From Candidatus Multivorans sp. (GTDB lineage: Bacteria > Acidobacteriota > Thermoanaerobaculia > Multivoradales > Multivoraceae): a DNA stretch of 64,000 nucleotides. Each line of letters begins with the position of its first letter. The stretch's first letter is position 1. The translations under genes and the position numbers were made by a program. The DNA is taken from positions 2,912,001 through 2,976,000 of the forward strand of contig OZ251997.1 of assembly GCA_965247095.1 (NCBI GenBank), in the 5' to 3' direction. Positions 28,842-39,470 of the stretch are shown here, piece by piece. A model generated the notes under the pieces. That model did not search any database. It was not told the origin of the DNA and saw nothing but the letters and a program-made list of their open reading frames with translations.

Positions 28842-29954
28842 ATGTCAGACCCGGTCTTCGAGCACTTCGGCTTTTCCGACGAGTACGGTCCGGAGAAGGT
28901 CGTCACCCTGTACGAGCCGCGGTGCGGCCTGCAGGGGATCGTCGTCATCGACAACAGCGCCGCCGGACCGACGATGGGCGGCATCCGCATGGCGGCCGAC
29001 GTCTCGGTAGAGGAGGTCTGCCGGTTGGCGCGGGCCATGACGTGGAAGAACGCGATGGCCAGTCTGCCTCACGGCGGCGGCAAGGCGGGCATCCGCGCCG
29101 ACCCACGGTCGCCGAACCGGGAGGCCTTGGTGCGGCAGTTCGGCCGGGCGATCAGGCAGTTGGTGGACTACATCCCGGCCCCGGACATGGGCACGGACGA
29201 GACCGCGATGGCCTGGATTCGCGACGAGGGCGGCTGCTCGGTCGGCCTGTCCAAGGCGCTGGGCGGGATCCCTCTCGACGAGGTTGGTTCGACCGGTTTC
29301 GGTCTCGCCATCGCCGCCGAGGTGGCCGAGGAGGCGGGCGTTGTGAGACTCGAAGGCGCCACGATCTCGATCCAGGGTTTCGGCAACGTCGGTCGACCGG
29401 CGGCCCGGTTCCTGGCCGAGCGGGGCGCGCGGCTCGTCGCGGTCACCGATCTCGACGGCACGATCCATGACCCGAACGGCATCGACATCGACGAACTCGT
29501 GGCGACGATGGATGCGACCGGCGGGGTGACCGCCTACCCGCGCGGCAGCCGGGTGGAAGGCGACGCCTTCCTGGACCTGGAGGTCGACTTCTTGGTGCCG
29601 GCGGCGCGTCCCGACGTGATCGACAGCGGCAATGCGGGCCGCGTAGGCTGCAAGGTCGTGCTCCAGGGGGCGAACATACCGGTCACGCCGGCCGGCGAAC
29701 GGATTCTCCACGACCGTGGTGTTCTCTCGATTCCCGACTTCGTCGCCAATGCCGGCGGCATCATCTGCGGCGCGGTCGGGTACGCGGGCGGCTCGGAGAG
29801 GCAGGCGTTCGAGAGAATCGAGGACACGGTGCGCGAGAACACCCGCGAGGTGCTGGAACTGGCCCGGACCGAGGGATGCCTGCCGCGCGAGGCGGCGATG
29901 GGTATCGCGCAGCGACGCGTCTCGGAAGTGATGGCCTATCGCCGCGCCGACTAG
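28842..29954 (+). CDS. Glu/Leu/Phe/Val dehydrogenase
   Basis: GGIRM, LARAMTWK, HGGGKAG, PAPDMGT, IQGFGNVG, GAN and PDFVANAGG. Confidence 0.9.
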   Translation: MSDPVFEHFGFSDEYGPEKVVTLYEPRCGLQGIVVIDNSAAGPTMGGIRMAADVSVEEVCRLARAMTWKNAMASLPHGGGKAGIRADPRSPNREALVRQFGRAIRQLVDYIPAPDMGTDETAMAWIRDEGGCSVGLSKALGGIPLDEVGSTGFGLAIAAEVAEEAGVVRLEGATISIQGFGNVGRPAARFLAERGARLVAVTDLDGTIHDPNGIDIDELVATMDATGGVTAYPRGSRVEGDAFLDLEVDFLVPAARPDVIDSGNAGRVGCKVVLQGANIPVTPAGERILHDRGVLSIPDFVANAGGIICGAVGYAGGSERQAFERIEDTVRENTREVLELARTEGCLPREAAMGIAQRRVSEVMAYRRAD

Positions 29955-29977
29955 CGGCAGGTCGAAGTCGACACGGA

Positions 29978-30907
29978 ATGAAGCCCCACAACGCACTCGC
30001 CGAACCGGCGGTCGACCGGCGGTCCGAGCGGCGCGGCGACGCCGAGTGGCTTGCGGGGCGCCTCGCCGACCCCGAGAGCCTGCTGACTGTCGTGTGGCGG
30101 GAGCGCAGTCTGGTCATCGACGCCCATGGCGATCGCGCGCCGGCGCCGGGGACGGTGCCTGTGACCGCGGCATCGGCGCTGGTCGAGCAGACGGAGGAAC
30201 TCGTCTACCTGGGTGACGCGGCCGGCCGGAGCTACTTCTCGATCGACCTTTCCGACCGGGACGATCCGCTTCCGGGAGCGTTGCGGGGCGCTGGTCGGTT
30301 GGTCGATCTGCGCCAGGTCGGTTCCGCGATGAGCGGTCCAGACGGCAACCTGCTTGCCTACGCCCGGGCTATGGCGACCTGGCATCAACGCCACCGCTTC
30401 TGCGGCCGTTGCGGCGCGGCGACGTCAAGCCGGAACGCCGGTCACTTGCGGGTGTGCACCGGCTGCGGCGCCGAGCACTTCCCGCGCACGGACCCCGCGG
30501 TGATCATGCTGGTGCACACGTCGAGCGGCGGCGACGACTCGTGCCTGCTCGGCCGCCAGGCCACCTGGCCGCCCGGCATGTTCTCGGCCCTGGCGGGCTT
30601 CGTCGAACCTGGTGAGAGCCTGGAGAGCGCCGTGGCGCGCGAGGTCCAGGAAGAAACCGGCATCGCCGTCGACACCGTGGAGTACCACTCCTCTCAACCG
30701 TGGCCCTTCCCGACCTCGATCATGCTGGGCTTCTACGCCACGTCCCCCGGCGGCGACGTGCAGGTGGACACCGAGGAACTCGAGCACGCGGTCTGGGTGA
30801 GCCGCTCCGACCTCGAGTACGCGATCAGAGCCCGCGAGGTGCGGTTGCCGCTGCCGCTCTCGATCGCTCGCAGGCTGATCGACGACTGGCTGCGCGGGCT
30901 CGCGTAG
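29978..30907 (+). CDS. nudC: NAD(+) diphosphatase NudC
   Basis: HRFCGRCG...C..C zinc finger, FPRTDPAVI, Nudix box GESLESAVAREVQEETG and SQPWPFP. Confidence 0.92.
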   Translation: MKPHNALAEPAVDRRSERRGDAEWLAGRLADPESLLTVVWRERSLVIDAHGDRAPAPGTVPVTAASALVEQTEELVYLGDAAGRSYFSIDLSDRDDPLPGALRGAGRLVDLRQVGSAMSGPDGNLLAYARAMATWHQRHRFCGRCGAATSSRNAGHLRVCTGCGAEHFPRTDPAVIMLVHTSSGGDDSCLLGRQATWPPGMFSALAGFVEPGESLESAVAREVQEETGIAVDTVEYHSSQPWPFPTSIMLGFYATSPGGDVQVDTEELEHAVWVSRSDLEYAIRAREVRLPLPLSIARRLIDDWLRGLA

Positions 30908-30919
30908 CATGGGTCGGCA

Positions 30920-31966
30920 ATGACCCTCGACTCCACGAACGGCGCCGCCGGCAGCCAGCCGATCGACCGCCTGGGACGACCGATCCGCGATCTGCGCATC
31001 TCGGTCATCGACCGCTGTAACTTCCGTTGCACGTTCTGCATGCCGGCGGACCGGGAGTACAAGTTCCTGCCCAGGCAGCAGTTGATGACCTTCGAGGAGA
31101 TCGAACGCCTGGTGCGGCTGTTCGTCGAGCTCGGCGTGCGCAAGATCAGGCTCACCGGCGGGGAGCCGCTCCTGCGCCGGGACATCGAGGACCTTGTCCG
31201 GCGCTTGGCCGCCACCCCCGGCATCGACGACTTGGCCCTGACCACGAACGGCGTTCTGCTCGGGGCCAAGGCGCAGGCGCTCGCCGACGCCGGCCTCAAC
31301 CGGGTCACGGTCAGCGTCGAGTCGCTGCGGGACGACGTCTTCGGCCGCGTCAACGGTCTTGGACACGGCGTGCAGCAAGTGCTCGACGGCATCGACGCCG
31401 CGGCCGACGCCGGTCTCGGCCCGATCAAGATCAACACGGTCGTCATGCAGGGCACCAACGAGGACGAGGTCGCCGACATCGCGGGCTACTTCAAGGAGCG
31501 AGGCCACATCGTGCGCTTCATCGAGTTCATGGACGTCGGCACCGTGAACGACTGGAGCCTCGACCGCGTAGTGACGGCGGCCGAGATCACCGACCGGATC
31601 GCCGAACGCTGGGCCTTCGAGCCGGTCGGCCGCGCCCAACCGAGCGACGTCGCCGAGCGCTTCCGCTACCTCGACGACGGCGTCGAGTTCGGCGTCATCT
31701 CCTCGATCAGCCGCCCCTTCTGCGGCGACTGCGCCCGGGCGCGCCTCTCCTCCGACGGCCGCCTCTACACCTGCCTGTTCGCCGACACCGGCCCCTCGAT
31801 ACGGGATCGCCTCCGCTCCGGCGTGACGGACGAAGAGCTGCTCGCCTTCCTTGCCGGCCACTGGCGCGGCCGCGAGGACCGCTACTCCGAGATCCGCGCC
31901 GAACGCCTGCGCGCGGGTTTGCGGACGCCGGCGGAGCGGGTGGAGATGTTCCGTATCGGCGGGTAA
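30920..31966 (+). CDS. moaA: GTP 3',8-cyclase MoaA
   Basis: LRISVIDRCNFRCTFCMP, LTGGEPL, FIEFM, FCGDC..R...CLF and C-terminal IGG. Confidence 0.95.
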   Translation: MTLDSTNGAAGSQPIDRLGRPIRDLRISVIDRCNFRCTFCMPADREYKFLPRQQLMTFEEIERLVRLFVELGVRKIRLTGGEPLLRRDIEDLVRRLAATPGIDDLALTTNGVLLGAKAQALADAGLNRVTVSVESLRDDVFGRVNGLGHGVQQVLDGIDAAADAGLGPIKINTVVMQGTNEDEVADIAGYFKERGHIVRFIEFMDVGTVNDWSLDRVVTAAEITDRIAERWAFEPVGRAQPSDVAERFRYLDDGVEFGVISSISRPFCGDCARARLSSDGRLYTCLFADTGPSIRDRLRSGVTDEELLAFLAGHWRGREDRYSEIRAERLRAGLRTPAERVEMFRIGG

Positions 31967-32088
31967 AGCGAGAGCTTCACGCCGTTGCGTATACTAGCGC
32001 ACCGTTGGGAGCCCCGGTGGGCGGCACGTCGGGCGAACACGCTCTAGGGTCAGGAGTCGTTCCGGATGGCAGTGGCATCAGGTTTGGC

Positions 32089-34158
32089 ATGGTTGGGCTG
32101 ACGAAGGAGGCCATAGGCGCGGCCGCGTGCCCTTCGTTCAGACCGCCGCACGGAGTCGATGGGATGATCGATGCGGCCAAGCGTTGCCTGCTGAAGCAGC
32201 AGAACCCGGATGGCCACTGGTGCGGCGAACTGGAGGGCGACACGATCCTGGAGTCCGAGTACGTGCTGCTGCTGTACTTTCTGGGCCGGGGGACCGATCC
32301 GCAGACATCCAAGTGCTGCCAGCGAATCCGCGGCCAACAACTGAAGAGCGGTGGCTGGTCGATCTACCCGGGCGGTGGGACGGATGTTAGTGCTTCGGTC
32401 AAGGCGTATCTGTGCCTGAAGCTCGACGGGGACGATCCGGAAGCGGCCCACATGCTGGCCGCGCGACGCGCCATCTGCTGCGCGGGCGGACTTCAGGCCT
32501 GTAACTCGTTCACGAAGCTCTATCTGTCGATCTTCGGCCTGTGGAGTTGGCGGCGGGCGCCATCGGTGCCGCCCGAGATCGTCCTGCTGCCGCGCTGGTT
32601 CTACTTCAACCTGTACGAGATGTCTTCCTGGTCACGGGCGATCCTCGTGCCCCTGTCGGTGATCTGGGCGCTGAAGCCCAGCGCGCCGCTTGCAGTTGGC
32701 CTGGACGAGTTGCACACCAGCGTGTTGCCCAGCCGTCGCCGGCTGACCGCTTTCGAGCGGGGCTGGTCTGTTGTTTTCCGCGCAGTGGACCTGCTGATCA
32801 AGTCTGTCGAGGACGTCGGCCCAGTCGCTCCCTGGCGACGCCGCGCACTCAAAGCGGCCGAGCGGTGGTTGGCTGCACGGATCGGAGAATCCGGCGGCCT
32901 TGGGGCTATCTTCCCGGCGGTCGTCAACGCGGTCATCGCCCTGCGATGCCTTGGCTACGACGAGGATCATCCCCTCGTGGCCAGTCAACTGCGCGAACTC
33001 GAGAGGTTTGGGATCGAAGAGGAAGGCGAACTCCGTATACAGCCTTGCTTCCCGCCGGTTTGGGACACGGCGCTGTCGGCGAACGCTCTTCTGGCAGCGG
33101 GCGAGGACGCCTACAGTGACCCGATGCAGGACAGCCTGTGTTGGCTGCTCGACCGAGAAGTGACGGTCGCCGGGGACTGGCAGCACAAGAGTCTGCAGAC
33201 AGCTCCCGGCGGCTGGTTCTTCGAGTACCGGAATGAATCCTACCCGGACTGCGACGATACGTCGGAGATCCTGTTCCTGCTCGCTCGCCTCCACGGTCGG
33301 GACGCGGAGACGGAGGCCAGGCGGCGGGCCGCGGCAGCCCGGGGGTTGCGCTGGCTGCTGGGCCTGCAAAACCCGGACGGCGGGTGGGCGGCCTTCGACC
33401 GCCGCTGCGACAAGAAGGTCCTCACCCTCATTCCGTTCGCCGACCACAACGCGATGATCGATCCCAGCACGTCGGATATCACCGCGCGCGCGATCGTGGC
33501 CCTGCTGGCGCACGGCCACCCGGTCTCGAATCCACCACTCCGGCGGGCGACGGCTTTCCTGCTCCGAGAGCAGGAGGCCGACAGCTGTTGGTACGGCCGC
33601 TGGGGGGCGAACTACATCTATGGCACGTGGCTGGCGTTGAGCGCTCTTCGGCGGATCGCCGACGGCCTCGAGGCGGACTTGGTTGGCGCCGGCGCAGACG
33701 GGAGCAAGAATGGCGCTTCCCGGTTGATGAGCCAGCGCTTCGTGAATCGGCTAGCCGGCGCCATTCAGCGCGGACGTGACTGGCTGCTCAGTGTGCAGAA
33801 CGGGGACGGAGGCTGGGGTGAGTCTCTGAACTCCTACGACGACCCGCGCACCCGCGGTCAAGGCTCAAGTACGGCCTCCCAGACGGCCTGGGCCATGCTC
33901 GGTGTCATGGCGGCTTCCGAGCCGCAGCTGGCGGGCGGCGGCGCCGGTCGCGTCCCTCGGGCGCTGGAACGAGGCGTGTCCTTCCTTTCGGAGAGGCAGC
34001 GGCAGGATGGTTCGTGGTATGACCGGGAATGGACCGGCACCGGCTTTCCCCGCGTCTTCTATCTCCGGTACCACCTCTACGCTCAGTACTTCCCCCTTGA
34101 GGCGTTGGCCGCCTACCGCCGCCTCGGCCTGGCGGATTGGTCGGGGCCGGTGAACTGA
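32089..34158 (+). CDS. shc: Squalene-hopene cyclase
   Basis: QNPDGHWCGELEGD, PVWDT, YPDCDDT (DxDD), several QW motifs and FPRVFYLRYHLY. Start is ATG 32089 or 32164. Confidence 0.95.
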   Translation: MVGLTKEAIGAAACPSFRPPHGVDGMIDAAKRCLLKQQNPDGHWCGELEGDTILESEYVLLLYFLGRGTDPQTSKCCQRIRGQQLKSGGWSIYPGGGTDVSASVKAYLCLKLDGDDPEAAHMLAARRAICCAGGLQACNSFTKLYLSIFGLWSWRRAPSVPPEIVLLPRWFYFNLYEMSSWSRAILVPLSVIWALKPSAPLAVGLDELHTSVLPSRRRLTAFERGWSVVFRAVDLLIKSVEDVGPVAPWRRRALKAAERWLAARIGESGGLGAIFPAVVNAVIALRCLGYDEDHPLVASQLRELERFGIEEEGELRIQPCFPPVWDTALSANALLAAGEDAYSDPMQDSLCWLLDREVTVAGDWQHKSLQTAPGGWFFEYRNESYPDCDDTSEILFLLARLHGRDAETEARRRAAAARGLRWLLGLQNPDGGWAAFDRRCDKKVLTLIPFADHNAMIDPSTSDITARAIVALLAHGHPVSNPPLRRATAFLLREQEADSCWYGRWGANYIYGTWLALSALRRIADGLEADLVGAGADGSKNGASRLMSQRFVNRLAGAIQRGRDWLLSVQNGDGGWGESLNSYDDPRTRGQGSSTASQTAWAMLGVMAASEPQLAGGGAGRVPRALERGVSFLSERQRQDGSWYDREWTGTGFPRVFYLRYHLYAQYFPLEALAAYRRLGLADWSGPVN

Positions 34159-34173
34159 GAACGGCGCCGAACA

Positions 34174-35175
34174 ATGCGAACCCCACTCCATATGGTGACG
34201 GACAACGTCAAGCACCAGGTGCGCAACGCCCTGGCGGGCAACCGCCGCTATCCCTTCGTCCTCATGCTGGAGCCCCTGTATACCTGCAACCTGGCCTGTA
34301 TCGGCTGCGCGGTGGAACGCCATACCGGCAAGTTGAAGGATCGTCTGCCGGTGTCAGATTGTCTCGACGCGGTCGATGTGACCGCGGCTCCTGTGGTTTC
34401 GATCTGCGGCGGCGAGCCGACGGTCTACCCCGAACTTCCGGAGCTGATCGAGGGCATCATCGCCCGGCGTCGGCATATCTACCTTTGCACCAACGCGTTG
34501 CTCCTGGACACCAAGGTCTTCGACCGTGTCGCGCCGAACAAGCGGTTGACGCTGAACATCCATCTGGATGGCATGAGGGAGACCCACGACTACGTCTGCG
34601 CTCGCGAGGGCGTGTTCGACAAAGCGGTCGAAATGCTCAGGACGGCCAAGGAACTCGGTTACCACGTCACCACCAACACGACGGTGTTCAAGGAGACGAA
34701 GATCGATGAGGTCGAAGAGCTATGCCGGTTTCTGCGAGATCTCGGCGTCGACGGCATCCTGATCTCGCCGGGCTACCAGTACCAGTCAGTGGGCCGGGAC
34801 ATCTTCCTGAGTCGCCAGGATACCGAGCGGAAGTTCAAGCGCATCCTCGAGATCGCGGACGGTTACAAGCTGACCTCGACCCCGATGTTCCTGGAGTTTG
34901 CCGCCGGTCTCAGGGACTACTCCTGTTCACCGTGGAGCACCGTGACCCGCACGCCCATGGGTTGGAAGGGACCCTGCTACCTGATCGGCAAGCGCTACTA
35001 CCCGACGTATCAGGAGTTCTGGGAAGAGACGGATTGGAGCTACTGGGAGTCGCGTCAGGACCCGCTATGTCGTAACTGTGCGATGCACTCGGGCTTCGAA
35101 GCATCGGTCGTGCGCGAGATCCACAAGAGCCCACGCGACGCAGTGCGTTTGGCTGCATGGTACGTGACCGGCTGA
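34174..35175 (+). CDS. hpnH: Adenosyl-hopene transferase (radical SAM)
   Basis: YPFVLMLEPLYTCNLACIGC, YLCTNA and CRNCAMHSGFE; follows shc. Confidence 0.92.
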   Translation: MRTPLHMVTDNVKHQVRNALAGNRRYPFVLMLEPLYTCNLACIGCAVERHTGKLKDRLPVSDCLDAVDVTAAPVVSICGGEPTVYPELPELIEGIIARRRHIYLCTNALLLDTKVFDRVAPNKRLTLNIHLDGMRETHDYVCAREGVFDKAVEMLRTAKELGYHVTTNTTVFKETKIDEVEELCRFLRDLGVDGILISPGYQYQSVGRDIFLSRQDTERKFKRILEIADGYKLTSTPMFLEFAAGLRDYSCSPWSTVTRTPMGWKGPCYLIGKRYYPTYQEFWEETDWSYWESRQDPLCRNCAMHSGFEASVVREIHKSPRDAVRLAAWYVTG

Positions 35176-35227
35176 GCGATCGACTGCGCCGCCACTCGGG
35201 GTTTCCAGTCCGCGTCGTGCGCTCTCA

Positions 35228-36220
35228 GTGACGGTCCTGGTCACCGGCGGCACCGGCTTCGTCGGCGCGCACGTCGTCCGGGCGCTGCTCGCCCGCAGGG
35301 ACGACGTTCGTTGCTTGGTAAGAGCCGCCTCAGACTGCGCCAATCTCGAGGGCCTGGACGTGCAATTGGTCGAGGGCGATCTGCGGGCCAGGGCAAGCCT
35401 CGACGCGGCCTGCGGAGACTGCGAACAGGTGTACCACTGCGCTGCGGACTATCGGCTGTACGTCCGTGACCCCAACCAACTCTACGCCTCGAATGTCGAC
35501 GGAACACGGAACTTGCTGGCCGCCGCAGCGAAGTCCGGCGCCCGGCGCATTGTCTACACGAGCTCGGTCGGCGCCCTCGGGTTGGAACCCGGCGGCCAGC
35601 CGGCGACCGAGGCCACGCCAGCCACCGAGGCGTCCATGGTCGGGCATTACAAGCGAAGCAAGTACCTCGCCGAGCGCGTCGCCGAACGAGCCGCGAGGGA
35701 CGGTGTGCCCGTGGTCATCGTCAACCCCTCTACACCAGTCGGCGAGCTGGACATCAAACCGACGCCGACTGGACGGATCGTGGTCGACTTTCTGAACCGC
35801 CGCATGCCGGCCTACGTTGACACGGGACTGAATTTGATCGATGTCCGCGATGTCGCCCACGGTCACCTGCTGGCGGCCGAGCGTGGCCGCGTGGGTGAGA
35901 AGTACATCCTCGGGCACCGAAACTTCACCCTGCGGGAGTTGTTGCACCTCCTGGCCGAGATCACCGGCCTCAGGGCGCCGCGTTTGCGGCTGCCGCATTG
36001 GCTACCGCTCGTCTTCGCCGCTGCTGGTACCGGCTGGGCGGAGGTTACCGGAGGGGAACCGCGGGTTTCGCTCGAGAGCGCGCGCATGGCCCGGCGCCGG
36101 ATGTTCTTCGACGCCGCCAAGGCGGTTCGAGAGTTGGGGCTGCCCCAAACGCCAGTCGTCAACGCGCTGGAGCGGGCGGTCGGATGGTTCGAGGCGAACG
36201 GGTACGTGCGGAAGCCGTGA
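35228..36220 (+). CDS. hpnA: Hopanoid-associated NAD-dependent epimerase/dehydratase
   Basis: VTGGTGFVG, HCAADYRL, YKRSK, DIKPTPTG and YVDTGLN. Confidence 0.88.
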   Translation: MTVLVTGGTGFVGAHVVRALLARRDDVRCLVRAASDCANLEGLDVQLVEGDLRARASLDAACGDCEQVYHCAADYRLYVRDPNQLYASNVDGTRNLLAAAAKSGARRIVYTSSVGALGLEPGGQPATEATPATEASMVGHYKRSKYLAERVAERAARDGVPVVIVNPSTPVGELDIKPTPTGRIVVDFLNRRMPAYVDTGLNLIDVRDVAHGHLLAAERGRVGEKYILGHRNFTLRELLHLLAEITGLRAPRLRLPHWLPLVFAAAGTGWAEVTGGEPRVSLESARMARRRMFFDAAKAVRELGLPQTPVVNALERAVGWFEANGYVRKP

Positions 36221-36272
36221 CGAGATCGGCGACTGGACTGGGGTCACATTGGGCGGCGTGCCCGGGGCGGCC

Positions 36273-37034
36273 ATGACGGCCATGGGACGTTCCGGTGCCG
36301 GCGCCCGAACCGTCTACCTCGCTGCGATGAGGTTCGAGGTTGCGGCCTTGCTCAGACGCCTCGAGGACGCGCGCCGCGTTCCCGGGCCGGGGGGATCGCC
36401 CGCTGTGGTGGGGCGTATTGGCGGCGCCGACGTGGTGATCGCCGTATCCGGCGTCGGCGCGCGCCGTGCCCGAGCGACGGCCGACTGGTGTGTCCGTCTG
36501 GCGGCGCGCGACACGTGTCGGCAGGCGGTGTGGATCGGTGTCGCCGGCGCCCTGTCGCCCGATCTTGCGGTCGGCGACCTGGTGGCGGCCGAGAGCGTCG
36601 TGGCAGAGGACGGCTCCACCGGTCTTGACCTGGATGCGGACTTGGCCGCCCAGCTTGCGACTCGGGGCTGCGTCCTCGGCCGGTTGGTCACCGTGCCCGG
36701 CCTCGTGGTCCGAGCCGAAGAGAAGGCGGCGCTTTGGCGTCGGACGGGAAGCGTGCCGCTGACCGCAGTGGATATGGAGACCTGGGAGGCGGCGCGGCTG
36801 TTTCAAGCTGCCGGTGTCCGTTTCGCTGCGGTGCGAGCGATCAGTGACACGGCGGCGGAGAATCTGCCAGCGGTGCTCGAAGCGGCGATGCGGTCCGATG
36901 GCAGGTTGAACCGGAGCTTGATCGCCCGCCGCGCATTGCTGCAGCCGGCAAGTTGGGCGGCGCTCGGCCGGCTGCGCCGTGCGGCGGCTGCTTGCGCCGA
37001 ACCGCTTGCCGCGGCCGCGGCTTCGCTCGCGTGA
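36273..37034 (+). CDS. hpnG: Nucleoside phosphorylase-like protein (HpnG-like)
   Basis: SGVG, IGVAGAL, AVDMET and VRAISD; position in the hpn cluster. Confidence 0.7.
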   Translation: MTAMGRSGAGARTVYLAAMRFEVAALLRRLEDARRVPGPGGSPAVVGRIGGADVVIAVSGVGARRARATADWCVRLAARDTCRQAVWIGVAGALSPDLAVGDLVAAESVVAEDGSTGLDLDADLAAQLATRGCVLGRLVTVPGLVVRAEEKAALWRRTGSVPLTAVDMETWEAARLFQAAGVRFAAVRAISDTAAENLPAVLEAAMRSDGRLNRSLIARRALLQPASWAALGRLRRAAAACAEPLAAAAASLA

Positions 37035-37147
37035 TGCCATCCACTCCCTCCTCTGGCGTCGATCGCCGGCGACGCTGGCAGCCCACCAAGGAGAGGTACC
37101 TAAGGTCGTTGCGCTCAAGGTGTTGCGGTAGACTGACCGGATGATCT

Positions 37148-38209
37148 TTGGCCTCCCCTCGTAGCGTGAGCACCCGGCCCCTGTTGGCAGCCGCGGAGGG
37201 AGAGCGCGACCGCAAGGCTGAGCACATCCGGCTGGCGCTTGATCGGCGCATGCAGGTCGAGCGGAGCTACTTCGACGACTACCGGTTCGAGCATCGGGCG
37301 CTGCCCGAGATCGACTTCGATGATGTGAGGATCGGCGCCGAGTTCCTGGGGCGGGAGCTGAAGGCGCCGCTGCTCATTTCGTGCATGACCGGGGGCACGG
37401 GGGTTGCGGAGCAGATCAACCGGCGTCTGGCGGAGGCGGCCGAGGCGGGGCGCGTTGCTCTGGGAGTCGGGTCGCAGCGCAAGGCGATCGACGATCCGGA
37501 GACGGCGGCGACGTTCCGGGTTCGGGAGTTCGCGCCGAACGTGCCGATCCTGGCCAACCTGGGCGCGGTGCAACTGAACTACGGCTACGGCATCGACGAG
37601 TGCCGGGCGGCGGTCGACATGGTCGAAGCGGACGCCCTGGTGCTGCACTTGAACGCGCTGCAGGAGGCGTTGCAGCCGGAGGGGCAGTTGAACTTCCGGG
37701 GCCTGCTGCCGAAGATTGCGCGTGTGGTCGAGGCGATGGAGGTGCCGGTGATCGTCAAGGAGATCGGTAGCGGCATCTCCGGGACGGTCGGCCGGGAGTT
37801 GGCGAACGTTGGCGTCCGGATCCTGGATACGGCGGGTGTGGGCGGTACGAGCTGGGCGCGGATCGAGGCGGCGCGGGCCGACGAGATCGTGCTCGGCGAG
37901 CGCTTCGCCGACTGGGGGCTGCCGACGCCGGAGTCGATCCGCCAGTTGGCCCAGGTGCCCGGTGTGCAGGTGATCGGCAGCGGCGGCCTCCGGTCGGGCA
38001 TCGACGCCGCGAAGGCGCTGGCGCTCGGCGCCGACATCGCCGGCATGGCCTTCCCGTTCCTGGAGGCTGCGAACGCGTCGACCGCCGCGGTGATCGATCG
38101 GATCGATCGCACAGCCTTTGAGCTGCGCATCTCCATGTTCTGCACCGGGGCTGTGGATGTCGCGGCATTGCGCCGGGCGCCCTTGCTGCGCGGGAGTGGC
38201 GATGGCTGA
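37148..38209 (+). CDS. fni: Type 2 isopentenyl-diphosphate isomerase
   Basis: RKAEHI, ISCMTGG, GVGSQR, HLNALQE, VKEIG and GGTSW; start is 37148 or 37166. Confidence 0.95.
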   Translation: MASPRSVSTRPLLAAAEGERDRKAEHIRLALDRRMQVERSYFDDYRFEHRALPEIDFDDVRIGAEFLGRELKAPLLISCMTGGTGVAEQINRRLAEAAEAGRVALGVGSQRKAIDDPETAATFRVREFAPNVPILANLGAVQLNYGYGIDECRAAVDMVEADALVLHLNALQEALQPEGQLNFRGLLPKIARVVEAMEVPVIVKEIGSGISGTVGRELANVGVRILDTAGVGGTSWARIEAARADEIVLGERFADWGLPTPESIRQLAQVPGVQVIGSGGLRSGIDAAKALALGADIAGMAFPFLEAANASTAAVIDRIDRTAFELRISMFCTGAVDVAALRRAPLLRGSGDG

Positions 38210-39461
38210 TCGACTGAGTCCTGAGCTCGAGACGGCGGCGGCCGAGATGGCCGGCGCAGAACGCGGATTCCACCGGTTGCCGCAGGATCTCGACGCGACG
38301 GCAAAAGCCGCGGTTCGGCGTCGGGCCCTGGACCTCGCGAGCGGCAGCGGGCCGCTCAGCGCCATCGGCAGCTACACCCTGGACGACGAACGAGCGTCCA
38401 GTCAGCACTGCGAGAACTTCATCGGCGCCGCCCAGGTGCCGATGGGCGTGGCCGGCCCGGTCCTGGTGCGGGGCAGCGAGATCGACGGCACGGTCTTTGT
38501 ACCGATGGCGACCACCGAGGGCGCCCTGCTCGCGAGCGTGAACCGCGGCTGCCGCGCGATCACCGCGGCCGGCGGCGTCACCGTGTTCGTCGAGGACATC
38601 GGCATGACCCGGGCGCCGGTCTTCCGTACCAGCGGGATCAAGGAGAGCCGGCGCCTGCTCGACTGGCTGCAGGCGAACGAGGAGACGGTCCGCGCCAAGG
38701 CCCAGGAGACGAGCCGCTATCTGAAGCTGCTCGAGATCCGCCCTTCGGTGGTCGGCAGCACGGTCTTCTTGCGGTTCCGCTTCGCCACCGGCGACGCGAT
38801 GGGCATGAACATGGTGACGATCGCCGTCGACCGCGTCGTGTCCGAACTCATCGAACCGGAGACCGGCGTCGAGTGCGTCGCTCTCTCCGGCAACTACTGC
38901 GTCGACAAGAAGCCCTCCGCGGTCAACTACCAGCTCGGACGCGGTAAGCGCATCCACGCCGAAGTCGTACTCGACGAGTTGACCGTGCGCAAGGTGCTCA
39001 AGTCGGAGGCGAAGGCGCTCCAGGATGTCGCCTACCGCAAGAACCTTCTCGGTTCGGTGGCGGCCGGCGCGCTCGCCTTCAACGCCCAGTTCGCCAACGT
39101 GCTCGCGGCGGTGTTCGTGGCCTGCGGCCAGGACGTCGCCCACGTGGTCGAGGGTGCGATGGGCGTTGCGTCGTTCGAGGCTCGGGACAACGGATCGGTC
39201 TACGCTTCGGTCTACATGCCGGACGTGCCGTTGGCCGCGATCGGCGGCGGCACGGGTCTGGACACGCAGCGCGAGGCGCTCGAGGTGATGGGCGTGAGGC
39301 CCGACCGGGATCGGCCCGGTGCGGCGGTGCGGCGCCTGGCCGAAATCGTCGGCGCGGTCGTCCTGGCCGGCGAACTCTCGCTGACCGCGGCGTTCACCTC
39401 GCGCGATCTGGCGCGGGCGCACGAGCGGCTGGCCCGCTCTGGCCCGGCGAACGAGGACTGA
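38202..39461 (+). CDS. hmgA: Class I (archaeal-like) HMG-CoA reductase
   Basis: CENFIG, PMATTEGAL, TGDAMGMNM, SGNYCVDKK, GGGT and GELSL...AH. Confidence 0.95.
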   Translation: MADRLSPELETAAAEMAGAERGFHRLPQDLDATAKAAVRRRALDLASGSGPLSAIGSYTLDDERASSQHCENFIGAAQVPMGVAGPVLVRGSEIDGTVFVPMATTEGALLASVNRGCRAITAAGGVTVFVEDIGMTRAPVFRTSGIKESRRLLDWLQANEETVRAKAQETSRYLKLLEIRPSVVGSTVFLRFRFATGDAMGMNMVTIAVDRVVSELIEPETGVECVALSGNYCVDKKPSAVNYQLGRGKRIHAEVVLDELTVRKVLKSEAKALQDVAYRKNLLGSVAAGALAFNAQFANVLAAVFVACGQDVAHVVEGAMGVASFEARDNGSVYASVYMPDVPLAAIGGGTGLDTQREALEVMGVRPDRDRPGAAVRRLAEIVGAVVLAGELSLTAAFTSRDLARAHERLARSGPANED

Positions 39462-39470
39462 TCGCCGGCC

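Noticed and set aside
31027-34158. 1043-aa ORF suggesting a large N-terminal extension or moaA fusion on SHC
   Set aside because: The first roughly 350 aa are an off-frame shadow of moaA; SHC similarity begins near 32164.
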